64,000 nucleotides of DNA from positions 19,162,857 to 19,226,856 of the forward strand of contig OZ316893.1 of NCBI GenBank assembly GCA_973895155.1, read 5' to 3'. Below are positions 27,144-38,689 of this stretch, in pieces (within the stretch, counting starts at the first letter, position 1; every line of letters starts with the position of its first letter). The stretch is from Marsupella aquatica (Eukaryota; Plantae; Marchantiophyta). The notes beneath the pieces were generated by a model that did not search any database, was not told the DNA's origin, and saw nothing but the letters and a program-made list of their open reading frames with translations. Made by a program: the position numbers and the translations under genes.

Positions 27144-28409
27144 TTGAAAGATCATGAGCTTCAAACTCTGTTGTGCGGACAGAAGCTCAGTCTGAGTTTG
27201 TCGTTGACGGTGACGGTTCGTGGTAGCTCGAATCAATTGGATTTGTGTTTGACGCGGATTCATGTTTCTTGAATCGTTGGTTCTATTGTTTGAGTACTTT
27301 GTTGCTATTCGATCTGGTTCTAGCCAAGCTTGAACGTTGTTGGATCTGGATCTGGTCTAGATCTGGATCTGGATTGAGTCGGAGTCCAGATCTGGATCTG
27401 GAAAGAGGTGGCCGAAGGTTGCTGCTTGTATCGCACTGCTGTTTTGTGGACAGATCTGTTGGAATTTTGAGTGCTCGCGGCATTTTATTGTCAAGGAACG
27501 CTCGCGAAATGTCCCAAAACCGTGCGCAACAGGTTTGCAGAGATCGAGAGCCATCGACGTTGCCATTTTTGTGAAGAAAATCACTGCTTTCGAGTGGCAA
27601 ATGTTGCCATTTCTGAGCCCGACGACTTCTGTTTTGTATACACACAAAATTGTGTGCGCATAAGGCGATGCGTGAGGTCACCCATCCCGAAAGTGCTCCC
27701 AACCGCGAGCGCGAAGTCACCCATCACGAGCACAAGCAGGCGCAAAGTTGAGATCACCCATCCTGGGGCTATTCCGGGTCGTGAGCACGAGGGGAGGCAC
27801 GAGGTCAAGCGCGAGGAGGTCACCCATCCTGGGGCTATTCCCAGCCGCAAGCACTTAACTGACAAGTTCTCATCCCACCTTATGTACACACAAGTTTTTA
27901 CAACTTGTTGTTTAGATTCAAGCGCCAGGGGGCTTTATACACTTTCTGGTTTGCTTAGAGCCTTGTTTCGGGCCAAATTAGAAGCTCTTTAGAGATTTTT
28001 GATAGTTTTGAGTTCATCTAAATACACAGATTGAACCAATTGTGCATGGTTTCTCATCTATAACATTGGGACATCATGAAGCCTATTATGAAGGCCTTTC
28101 ATTGAACATTATGAATATTTGTTTGATCAATGTGTGATCATTCTTGGTGTGGAGAGTTAGTGTTTGACTATTCTTGTTGATTGGATCCTCTCCACACTTG
28201 TTTCCTGTTTGTGCGCCATGTTGGTTCGGTGTGGGCGCTTGATTCCATAGGAGTGATCCGGGTTTGCAATTGGACATTCTAGTGTGCTGTGTATTTCTCT
28301 CCTGGTGATGTTGGAGTGATGCCCAACACACCATGGTGGGTGCTTGTGGTGCTGACAGGGATAGATTGCCCTTAGGGTTAGCACATAGATTAGGTTAGGG
28401 TTGGTCACC

Positions 28410-29700
28410 ATGGATTCTTCTGGTGCTACTGGATTACCCGATGGACGACGGACCGGTTTCACTCGGAGTGGGGCACAGTTTCGGCCAGCGGCATTGGTAG
28501 CAGTCAGCAGTGCAGCTTCAGACAGTGATTCTGATGAGGACTCAATAACCAGTTCTCCTCATCATCAGGTGGTTGCACCTTTCTTGTTGGATATGGACGA
28601 GATATACGGGGCTACAAAGGGCCCACGACGATACTCTGGTGCAGTTGGCACGATTGATCTGGATGACTTCATCTAGGAGTTTGATACGTGGTGCGATATG
28701 CAGACATTGCGTAACGTCACATTATTTACCCCTTTCATGGCATGGAAGGGATTATTTCAGCATTTGGAGGGGCCACCCATGGATGACTACCATGAGTTTC
28801 GGAAGGCTCATTTGGTTGAGATTGAAGCATGGAGGCAGCATTGGTCGCCTAATTACGTGTCCATCACCTATGGCACTAGTGCGGCTGCCCAACCCATTGC
28901 CACAGCTGTTGCTTCTTCTAGCAACACTAGCCAGAGTGGCACACCATCCACCACCAGCATCCACCGCTACTCCTGCCGGTGTGATTGTGACAGGAACTGG
29001 AGTTGCACCAACATTTAACCCTATGGTGGAATTCTTTGAGGTACTGAAGCAGAACTATCAGGGTGTAAGAACTGATAAATTGAAGGGTCTTCAGGAGTTC
29101 CAGCGCAAGATTGGAGAGAGTCTACATGAGGCATACACTCGTATGCGCAGATTGATCATTGTCACCAAGGGAGTGACAGAGGCTCAGGCAGTCCAGTTTT
29201 GGTATGCAATTCTGGATAGAGAATTGCGACGTAGAGTGAGAGATATCACTCTGCTTAGGGATGCAGATCCCACATTAGCAGTTGTTTTTACACTTTCTGA
29301 GCGCATTGAGCTCAATATGGTGAATGAGAAGGTGATGACTTCCGGATTTGCCAAGGAAGCACCAAAGGCTGCATCCACATCCACATCACAGCCTACTGCA
29401 CGGAAGAGCCAGAGGGAGAAGCCTACTGCACGAGAGTCTACCAGCCAGAGACCTGTGCCCTCTTATGCTGGATAACAGTCAGGATGTTGGACCTATGGTG
29501 GGGATCATGCACAGAGATATTGCCCAGATCATAGAGGATCAGTTGGAGCATCAGCACCTTATCAGCGACAATGTGATCACTGTGGAGCTCCTGGACACAC
29601 CAAGGATAGGTGTTTCTCACTCCATCCTGAGTTACAAAGAGGAGGATCCCATACACATGATCAGGGAAGAGGAGGTAGAGGCGGTGGACGTGGTCGTGGC
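28410..29700 (+). pseudogene. Retrotransposon gag with two zinc knuckles (disrupted)
   Basis: ATG at 28410 (MDSSGATG); capsid-like FQRKIGESLHEAYTRMRRL; knuckles CWTYGGDHAQRYC (degenerate) and CDHCGAPGHTKDRC at ~29485-29613; stops at 28674 and 29473; frameshift near 28960. Confidence 0.8.
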
Positions 29701-30419
29701 ATGCCACATGTAGGGAGACAGGGAGGTGACGCTGCCCCTACTGTAACCATAGATCCAAAGGATGCTAAGATTGCTCAATTGGAGCAGCAGCTAACTGCCA
29801 TGGCTAGTTCCCAGGTGAGACCTACTTCTGGTGATGAGGCATCAACATCCTATGGACCTTCCACATCCCATGGTCCTTCCACATCTTATGGAGCTGATGG
29901 AGACCTTGCCACCATGGGATTCATGTGTGGCACTGCACATATTGATGCATCAACAACTTTGACACGTGGGGCAACCGAAGCTCTTGAGCCCCGAGGAGCA
30001 TTAGTGAAGTTAGATCCACAAAGGGGGAATGCACGTCGGCAGACAAAGCTTCCTTAGTCTTTTACATTGTCAGAGACAGTTCAGATTGCATCTATGAACC
30101 CGGTTTGGACAAACCCTGATGTGGGTAAGTTGGCAGAATCAGGTAGTGATGCAGTAGGGATGACAGGTACCTTGCTGGGGGCGGCTACTGCCATGGTATG
30201 CACCCCATTATTTTCAGCGACAGACATGCTGAACTTGGGAGTTGGTCCTGCAGAAGTGTTCAGATTGGCAGCTACACTCTGTGAGGACACTCCAGTGGTT
30301 GCTTCCCATGCAGAAGCAACTTGCAGTGTTGATGTAGTGAAGACCATGCCACCTACTGCTACTAGTGAGACATGGCATGCAGCAGCAGTGAGGTTGGTGG
30401 ATTTACCAGTACGCCCTGC

Positions 30420-30850
30420 ATTTGAGAGGACTAGGTTTAAACCTAGTGTTGTATCATTGGATAATCGAAGTGGTATCTTTCGATTAGTTGGGCCTTCTGG
30501 AGCAGTATACCAGCCAGAGAGGGTGTTACTAGATACTGGTGCTCAGCCCTTGATGTTGGGAAAGTCTGTCATACATGGATTGGGATTGCGTCCAAAGGAT
30601 TTGGAGGATTGTCCCTTTCCCATTCAAACTTCATTGGGGGGACCTACACCTACACAGCACATTACCAGGAGACCTCTTGATTTGAGGATTCAGGAAGGTC
30701 ATACCACAGATAGCTCACAGATATAGGCGCGAGCTATTCTGACTAAGGTAGAGTCATATGATGTGTTGGTGGGATGTACAGTGCTCTACCCCATGGGATT
30801 TATTCTTGATTTTTGGGAGGAATCAGTGTCATATAGACCTGATTGGCAGT
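30420..30850 (+). pseudogene. Retroviral-type aspartic protease domain
   Basis: RVLLDTGAQPLMLG active-site motif; downstream YDVLVGCTVL flap-end motif; in-frame TAG at 30724. Confidence 0.8.
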
Positions 30851-31239
30851 CAAAAGATGCTCGATTGAGAAACTTGCCAGTGAGATTTAGTGGACCAATG
30901 GGAGGCCCTAAATCCACACCATTGTCTTTGGCAACATTCAGTGGTCTAATTACTGGATTTGATGATTTGATTGAGGGTAATGCGCATGCAGCAGATGTTC
31001 CACCATTGGAGGAGTCTCATAAGGAGCACATCATGCGAGGATTACCTATTGCCAGTGTTGTGCCACCAGTATGGGGCACTGCACAGGCCTTGCCACAGAC
31101 AGCAGCACGATTGGTACATGATGCATGGCGTCATGCTTTTACACCACAGTCAGGAGCAGAGCAGCCTCTTGCAGATGGACCTGTGACTCTTTCACCATTG
31201 GATACCACTCCTATTGCTTGGCAGTATCCACCGGAGGGT

Positions 31240-32200
31240 ATTTGTTTGTTGGATCTTTTTGGTGGGATTAGCACTGGATTGGCTGTTGTTCTTCAGGCAG
31301 GAATTCCTGTGCATCGTTATTTGTATGTGGAGTCAGATGAGACAGCACGAAGGGTCTCATTGTGACATGTGGCTATGTTGGTGGATAGATATCCACAATT
31401 GCTGCCAGTGGATGCTGTTCGTGGTTATCAGCATGCACTACCTACTGATATTTCATTGCTGGGGGCAGATCATCTGCATCGTGTTGGCCCCATTGATTTG
31501 GTGATTGTTGGTTGGCCATGTCAGGGCGAATCTAGAGCTGGCGTTGGGCATATACTTCATGATCCACGCTCTGCATTGTTTTGGGAGATGTTACGGGTGC
31601 TGCATCATCTCCAGCTACATCAGACACAGTCTCCAGCATACATTTTGGAGAATGTGCCATTGTTAGGTGATGATCGTAGTCGGATTGTTGCCAATGGTCA
31701 CCAGGTGAGGTCTTGGATTGGACCTGCTGTGTTATTGGATGCTGCACGTGTGGGTTCTCATGCACATCGTCCACGCTTGTGGTGGACTAATTTGATCCCA
31801 TGTGAGGTGCTGAAGCGCGCATTTGACAGCATTTCACGCTCACCAGCCTTAGTGTTGGATGATATTTTGGATCTAGGGCATCGTGCACAGGGTGTGACCC
31901 AACCTGATAGACCTCCATTGGCAATGGTCAATGCAGTTTGATGCCCACGTTGTGCATTACCCACTCTTGTAAGCCACTCTGCTTCATATGCATTCAGAGC
32001 AGGTGGCCCTGGACTTGTGTGGGACACAGCTCTCTAGCAGTTAGCGGAACCTACTGCTGATGAGAGAGAGCGTGCTATGGGATTTTTGACTGGCACCACT
32101 GCAGTTGCCTCTATGTAAGAGGGTTTGCGGCGCCAGGTTCTTGGTCAAGCAATGGACCTGAATTGTTTGACTTGGATTATCAGCTTGGGAGTAGCTGAAC
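31240..32200 (+). pseudogene. C5-cytosine DNA methyltransferase domain (DNMT3-like) embedded in pol
   Basis: Motif I LDLFGGISTG, II YVESD, IV GWPCQG (31510-31527), DPRSALF, VI ENV (31648), VIII HRPRLWWTN, IX ERERAMGF (32062), X RRQVLGQAM (32128). Same reading frame as protease and RT start; in-frame stops at 31363, 31939, 32035, 32116. Confidence 0.9.
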
Positions 32201-32457
32201 AGTTGCGGATGCGCTCTGCTAGAATTACTAATTATCCCTTGGTGAGCTTGCGGTCCACTGAGACAGTATTGACCACAGCTGGGGGCGAGCAGACAGTCCA
32301 TGGACCTATGGCAGGATTGGCCAAGGCTGGACAGATTGTTGAGCAGGAAGGGACTGCTCAATCTATTGCTAAATAGCAATCATCGGCTATCTCTTCTACC
32401 CTACAAAGAGATATTAGGGATTTGGTGGAGAGTTGGGAACCATAGCTTGGCCCTAAG

Positions 32458-33860
32458 TTGACAGGGGAGGAGAGACGTCGCATGCATCGATTCCTGAAGA
32501 GTTATTGGAATTGTTTTGCATTTAGCATGAAAGATTTGGGGACATTAAAGGGTCCTGGTATTCAGATTGAATTGGCTAGTGATGCGCCAATCTTTCGTAG
32601 GCCATACCGTTACAATGACATGGAGAGAGCTCTGATTCAAAGCAGAACTCAAGATTTGTTGGAGGCTAGATTGGTGGAGATTTCATATGGGGAGTATGCA
32701 TCTGCCACAGTGATGCCAGCCAAGAAGGATGTGCATGGCAATTACATAGATAGGCGCATGTGTGGTGATTACAGACCCATTAATCGCCAGACAAATCTGA
32801 TAGATATGCCATGCCCACACCTGAGGAGATCTTTGATGTTGTGGGGCATGCAAAGGTTTTCAGTTCATTGGATCTGAGGGCAGGGTACCATCAGCTTCCA
32901 ATTAGGCATGCTGACAGGTCTAAGACAGCATTCTGGGGGATTGATTCTTATGGCAAAGATCGTTTGTATCAGTGGTTATTCTTACCATTTGGGTTGAAGA
33001 ATGCACTAGCTGAGTTCCAAAGAGTCATGGATCGAATCCTTGCAGGTTTGGATTTTGTCAGATGTTATATTGATGATATTTTGGTCTATTCTTCTATTGT
33101 GGAAGAACATCAGCAGCACTTGCAGACTGTGTTGGAGAGATTGAGAGCACATGGGTTGAAGCTCCATCCTAGCAAGTGTAAGTTCTTCCAAGACCAGATT
33201 GAGTATTTGGGCCACACTATATACCCAGGGGGATTGGGTGTACAGCAGACTAAAGTGGAGGCCATTACACAGATTCCTTGTCCTACTGATGTGAGAAAAG
33301 TTCATGCATTCTTGGGATTGGCGAGCTACTACAGGAGGTATGTTAAAGGATTTAGCCAGCTTGCTAAACCTTTGACCATACTCACTAAGTTGGATCAGGA
33401 ATGGATTTGGGGTGATGACCAGGAGCATGCCTTTCAGGAGTTGAAGCAAAGATTGGCATCATCCCCTATTTTGAGAAGACCCATTTCAGGCAGACCATTT
33501 CAGCTACACACTGATGGAGTGGAGTAGGACTTGGAACAGTGCTGACTCAGAAGGATGATGAGGGGAATGAGTTTGTTGTGGCTTATGCCAGTAGATCAAA
33601 CAATTCAGTAGAGGCTAAGTATAGCTCTTATGAGGGAGAGTGTTTGGCAGCAGTGTGGGCTGTTGCACACTTTTGTTGCTACTTGTTTGGTAACCTTTTC
33701 ACCTTGATCACTGATCATCAGCCTCTTAAGTGGTTAATGGAGTCTGACAAGCTTACAGGGAAGCTTGCACGATGGGCATTGTTGTTACAGGAGTATGATT
33801 TCCAGGTGGTGCATAGGCCTGGAAAAGTGAACTTGGATGCAGATGGATTAAGCCGCAATC
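32458..33860 (+). pseudogene. Reverse transcriptase + RNase H (Ty3/gypsy type), frameshifted
   Basis: RMCGDYRPIN, LDLRAGYHQ, LPFGLKNA, YIDD, FLGLASYYRRYV, LHTD, VAYASR, EGECLAAVWAV, TDHQPL, DADGLSR. Confidence 0.95.
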
Positions 33861-34219
33861 CATGTACCAGTCAGCAGGATGAGACTGGAGCCAGATGGCA
33901 TGATGAGTCAGATAAGAAGATGGTGCCAGGATGGCATGCATCTGCCTTTCTTTGTTGGGTGCCAGCATACAGTGGATCTGTGGACTCTACCTCATTGGAT
34001 GGAGTGGATGATGAGTCTTCAGATGTGGATGTTGGTGAGGTAACTTCTGGACAGCAAGATATTCACAATGATGTGAGAGTGTTGGAATATCTGTGCAGTG
34101 GTTCTATTGTTGGCAGTGTTGATGTCAAAGAACGTGACAAGGTTGTACAAAGAGCCAAGAGGTTTCGATGGGAGGGAAACCATCTTTTGAGAGTACTGCA
34201 TGATGGTAGGGTGTTGGTG

Positions 34220-35503
34220 GTACCAAAACCATCACAACGAGTACATTTGGTGCGACATGCACACGAGGAGTTGGGTCACTTTAGTGTGAAGCACACTTAT
34301 AGCTTGCTGCAGACACAGTATTGGTGGCGTGGTATGCACACTCATGTCCAGCAGTTGATAGCTAAGTGTGTGGTATGCGATAGAGTGAGAGCATCATTTA
34401 ATGCTCCCACTCCCCAGTTGCACCCGTTACCGATCATGGGTTTGGGATATCGTTGGAGTTTGGATTTTGCTGGTCCATTACCTCTTACCCAATGCCATAA
34501 TCGGTATGTTTTGGTCATGGTGGAGCACTCCCCAAGTGGATTGAGCTAGTGGCGTTGCCAGATAAAGCCAATGGAGGAGTTGCTGCTACATTTTTGGATC
34601 GCGTACTCAATCATTTTGGAGCACGAAGCTGAGGTGTTGACTGATCAGGGAACTGAGTTCCGTGGAGAGTTTGAGAGTTTGTGTGAGTTACAAGCTTTGA
34701 TTGATCATCGTACTACCTCTCGTGATCATCCTGAGGCAGATGGATTAGCTGAGAGAGTTGTGCAAACTGTGAAGAGAGGATTGCGTAAGTATGGCTTGCA
34801 GGTTGGTCATCTGGGAGATTGGGATCTCCAGCTACCTTGGTTAGCTATGGGCTACCGTTTCAGTCGGCAAGCATCACTTGCATCATTCTCACCTTACTTT
34901 TTGCTCTATGGTAGAGAGCCAGATTTGCCAGCAGCTATTCGTCGTGATGCTGCACCAATTGTGAACTTGGATGATCCTGATGTTTGGGTCAAGGTGTGTT
35001 CAGAGAGAGCACGGATATTTCAGAGAGTGATACCCATGGCTTTTGACAACCTTGCCATTGCCCAACATCGTGATACTTTGAGGTATGCCACTATTCGTGG
35101 AGGAGGTTACCGTGCAAGCATTCGACGATTTTATCCTGGTGATTATGTTTATTTGCAGCAGACAGCACCCACAACACTTGATGTGACCGCAGGCCGGACA
35201 ATCTTACGTGTGCGTGAAGTGTTGCCTTCTGGTATCCTGATGTTGGAGGGACGCGATGATATGGTTTGGAAGGATCATGTGCGCAACTGTGCACCATGTC
35301 ACCTTCCCAACATTGATGGTACAGTAGATCCAAGCTTGGCACATGTTCGTGCTGGCTTGAAATGTATGTTGTGTGGATCTGCTCAGGGAGCAGCTACTAT
35401 GTTGATTTGTGATAAGTGTTCTAGAGGATGGCACATGTCATGTTTGACACCACCATTGCAGGTGATTCCTAGTGGATCATGGTTGTGTCTTCAGTGTCGG
35501 TGA
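34220..35503 (+). pseudogene. Integrase (H2C2 + DDE core) with C-terminal PHD finger (35363-35497)
   Basis: HAHEELGH..CVVC; WSLDFAGP; LTDQGTEF; DGLAERVVQT; C4HC3 CMLC..ICDKCSRGWHMSCLTPPLQVIPSGSWLCLQC. Confidence 0.92.
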
Positions 35504-35677
35504 AGCCGACTAGTTATCATTTGTGTTCTCTTGGCAGATATGGATTGCAGGTAGGTGATCGATGGGGCTCACTTGCACCCGGCCTCCTGATCTTCACACC
35601 TAAAAAGGTGTATATCAACCTTGTAGAACTCATGACTAGCTAGAGTTAGGGGACCTTACTCCCAGCTAGGGGGCGAT

Positions 35678-35813
35678 TGTGGGTTTTGGACATGTGTGGA
35701 CATGAGTTCCACTTGTATTCCATTCTCTTGTGTTTGTGATGTGGCAGTGTGACTATGTGTGGATGTATGTGACAAGCGATGTATGTTGTGTAGCGATGTG
35801 TATGCGCACTACA
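35678..35813 (+). repeat. Terminal repeat B1 (136 bp, TGTGGG...CTACA), preceded by PPT agggggcga (35668-35676)
   Basis: Identical to 36145-36280 except for one base near the end. Confidence 0.93.
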
Positions 35814-35815
35814 GC

Positions 35816-36280
35816 TGTCACACCATTCTAGGTAGTGTTAGAGTGTATCGTACTATCTAGATCCGTATGTTTGGTATGTATGCTATATGAGCTAATAAGG
35901 TTCCGTCAGGTTTGTGTGAGAGGGTACTTCTCACTTGTGAGGCATTGAAAGGTCATCTTTCAATGTTGAGCCTTGGAGAGAGAGGAGCTTGAGTGGCTAT
36001 GGTGGTTGTGAGCTCCGCTTGTGTAACGTGGATTCCTTGAGTAGTGCAAGGTGCGTTGGCTTGACATACGTGTGTGATCGGATCGGTGTGGGATCAATGG
36101 GGTATTGTTGACCGAGATCGTTGTGCCGATTGTATGGAGATTATTGTGGGTTTTGGACATGTGTGGACATGAGTTCCACTTGTATTCCATTCTCTTGTGT
36201 TTGTGATGTGGCAGTGTGACTATGTGTGGATGTATGTGACAAGCGATGTATGTTGTGTAGCGATGTGTATGCGCACGACA
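35816..36280 (+). repeat. Terminal repeats A2 (35816-36143) + B2 (36145-36280)
   Basis: Direct copies of A1 and B1. Confidence 0.93.
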
Positions 36281-37714
36281 AATTAAATCTCTCTCCGCAA
36301 GCTTTGCAACTTGAATACTACTAGTAAACATCAGCATCAACATTAGTAACTTCCCAATTTCATGGTTTTGATAGGAAGGTCCTGCACCTAAGCACACCAA
36401 CTAGGTGAGCTATGTGAGTTCTGAGAAATTATGGATCCAAAGCTCCAAATCTTAATCCTTTTTGTACAATGAAATACAATTTGCTGAGATGGGAGATTTC
36501 CTGAGCAGGCATCTGAAATGGTCCCTGGAACTTTCATGAGCGGGCCTAGTAGGAGAAGTCCCTCGACAAATACTGTCGTTGTTGAGATGAGGACCACCAC
36601 TGAGCAGATGGCAGCGTGCACACCTATTGACATCTTCCCTTGTGTCAATTGATCAAGCGGGCCGATATTGCTACTGTCCCTGGATCATCACTATTCGTAA
36701 CAAATGCTAGTCTGAGCAAGGACCTGGACCAGGCAGGAACTTCAGATAATAATGAATTGATTGTTGTTCAAATCAATCTTCTTGTGCCCATGTAAATGGT
36801 CAATTTCAAAGTGAAGCAACACAACATGGCAGTTACGAATCACGTTACTGCAGCGGCAGAAGGTAACCGGGAAAATAGCAACCTGCAATGGCTTCCTTAA
36901 CAAACTAAGAGACTGAAGTGCTTGAATTTTGTAACAGTCTAAATATCTTCAACTCATCCTCAGATTACTAGCATTGGTCGAGTCACGAATCCTAAGGACT
37001 GACTCCCTCCGTGTTTTGTCAGAGAGTCCAACTGATGCTTTTCAAGTGCACAGATCGTTCTTACAAAATTTATCTTCAAAGAGACATCAGCTCGGCCCAA
37101 ACAATATGCTTGATAGGATATGATCTGAGTCATCACCGTTTGGACATAATGATTAACCCTTGAAGAAATAAATGATATACTCCAAATGTCATTGACTCAT
37201 TTGTCATGATGGCAGGTCTCATACTCATCAAAGATTCTGTTGCGATATGCTGCACTACAAAGGTTATCAATTCAAACAGCATGGGATGGAGGTCAGATGA
37301 TGCGCACGTAATCTCAAATTGAAAGAGGGGTTGGAATCAAATATCCAAAAGTAGATTTCGCATGATACACAACAAATGAAGTGTCCTCAAATTGAAGAGA
37401 AGAATCAAGGTGGATGGGAACTGAAATTGAGGAACCACTGTGCATATTGAACCAACGGCAGACCTCAGGACATCATCGTGCAGTCAACTCTCTAGATGAT
37501 TGTTTGAATTTTGTCAGTGGAGCCCACAACTTTGAAACAATTGCCATGGTGGGATGGGTCCATATTTGGCAGTGAAGTGTCGCGGAATCTTTGTTGGATG
37601 AATTTGAACGATGAGCCAAGTGTTGTGAATTGTCGCTGAAAGCTGGTTGAAAGTTCTAAGTCCGCTGGAATTCAATGATGCACGAGCATGCTTGAAATAT
37701 GGGAGAATACTGAA

Positions 37715-37796
37715 AGAGAAATTGAAGCCTCTATTTAGACCATCACCATTTGGAGCACGTATTGTGATGGTTAGCTCACGACTGGGATCACTTAAG
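37715..37796 (+). pseudogene. Isolated exon-like fragment of a carbonyl-reductase-type short-chain dehydrogenase
   Basis: LKPLFRPSPFGARIVMVSSRLGSLK followed by a GTAAC donor; no complete gene could be reconstructed. Confidence 0.45.
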
Positions 37797-38689
37797 GTAA
37801 CATAATGTGGACTAACATTTCTTTCAGCATTTGTCTCTACTATACTGCATCACTATACCGCTCAGGAAAGGATCCAAATAGGAGGAGCGAGGTGGGAAAG
37901 GAAAGGTTTGTAGGTCCGACTTGACATTGGAAATGAATCCGGCGCCTTTCGTTGTAGCTCAAACGATTCTCAAGATCATTCTGCCAGGTGGAGATAGACT
38001 ACAGCATAGCTCTGCTTTGCAAAACTTGTGAAATTAGATTTCTTACAAACTGGCAGAACCTCTCTCAAAAGAATGAGATGTTGTATATAAATCAATTACC
38101 TAGTTGGTAATTGATTTATATACGCTCGATTGACCCACTTGAGAGTAGTGGACATACATTTATGGAAATGGTTGTGCAGGACTCAAAGGCTCGCCCATAA
38201 CGCAAGATAGTGTTGTTTAAAGTTTGCATAGATGAGCGGGGTGACTCCACCTGAAATCTTGCCATAGCTTTCATGATCAATGGAGACAAGGGGGCTTTCT
38301 GGAGAGTAGCATTCCTGGGATACCAAGGCACGCTGTACGACAGGAAGGGTCGCCATTACTTCAAAGACTTTAATTCGTGACACCATTGATCTCATATTCG
38401 TAGACAACCAATCCTACTACTAAGCCCCAACTTTATGTATGTTGCTGCCAATGAACATGATGCTGGTGCTGGAATCATGGCTGAATTGGATTTCTAATTG
38501 TAATTTTCATGGTCGTCGTGCAGACTTGTTACTTGGATTTAGTCTTGACTTCATTTGGATCGATAACAACTCAAAAGAGAGCAGTGAAAAGTGACATCTC
38601 TGGTTACTCATTTGTGGATGGTGTCGTGAACGGAACTGGGAAAAGTTACTTGGAAAGAGCATAGGGGGCATACTCAAGAGTCGTGTTCT

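Larger units (their letters stand above)
26812..36280 (+). mobile_element. Ty3/gypsy-type retrotransposon with DNA-methyltransferase and PHD domains and split terminal repeats (A1-internal-B1-A2-B2)
   Basis: Termini TGTC...GACA; TSD AATT (26808-26811 / 36281-36284); domain order gag-CCHC-PR-DNMT-RT-RNaseH-INT-PHD. Confidence 0.95.

Noticed and set aside
31240-32200. DNA methyltransferase as bacterial restriction-modification contamination or a host DRM/CMT/MET1 gene
   Set aside because: It is in frame inside a retrotransposon pol bounded by a TSD, has no introns or UBA/BAH/chromo domains, and shows no DRM-type motif permutation
26812-36280. DIRS/Ngaro/PAT tyrosine-recombinase element, suggested by the split repeats
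   Set aside because: It encodes an aspartic protease and H2C2-DDE integrase, has TG..CA ends and a 4-bp TSD, and no tyrosine recombinase ORF was recognised
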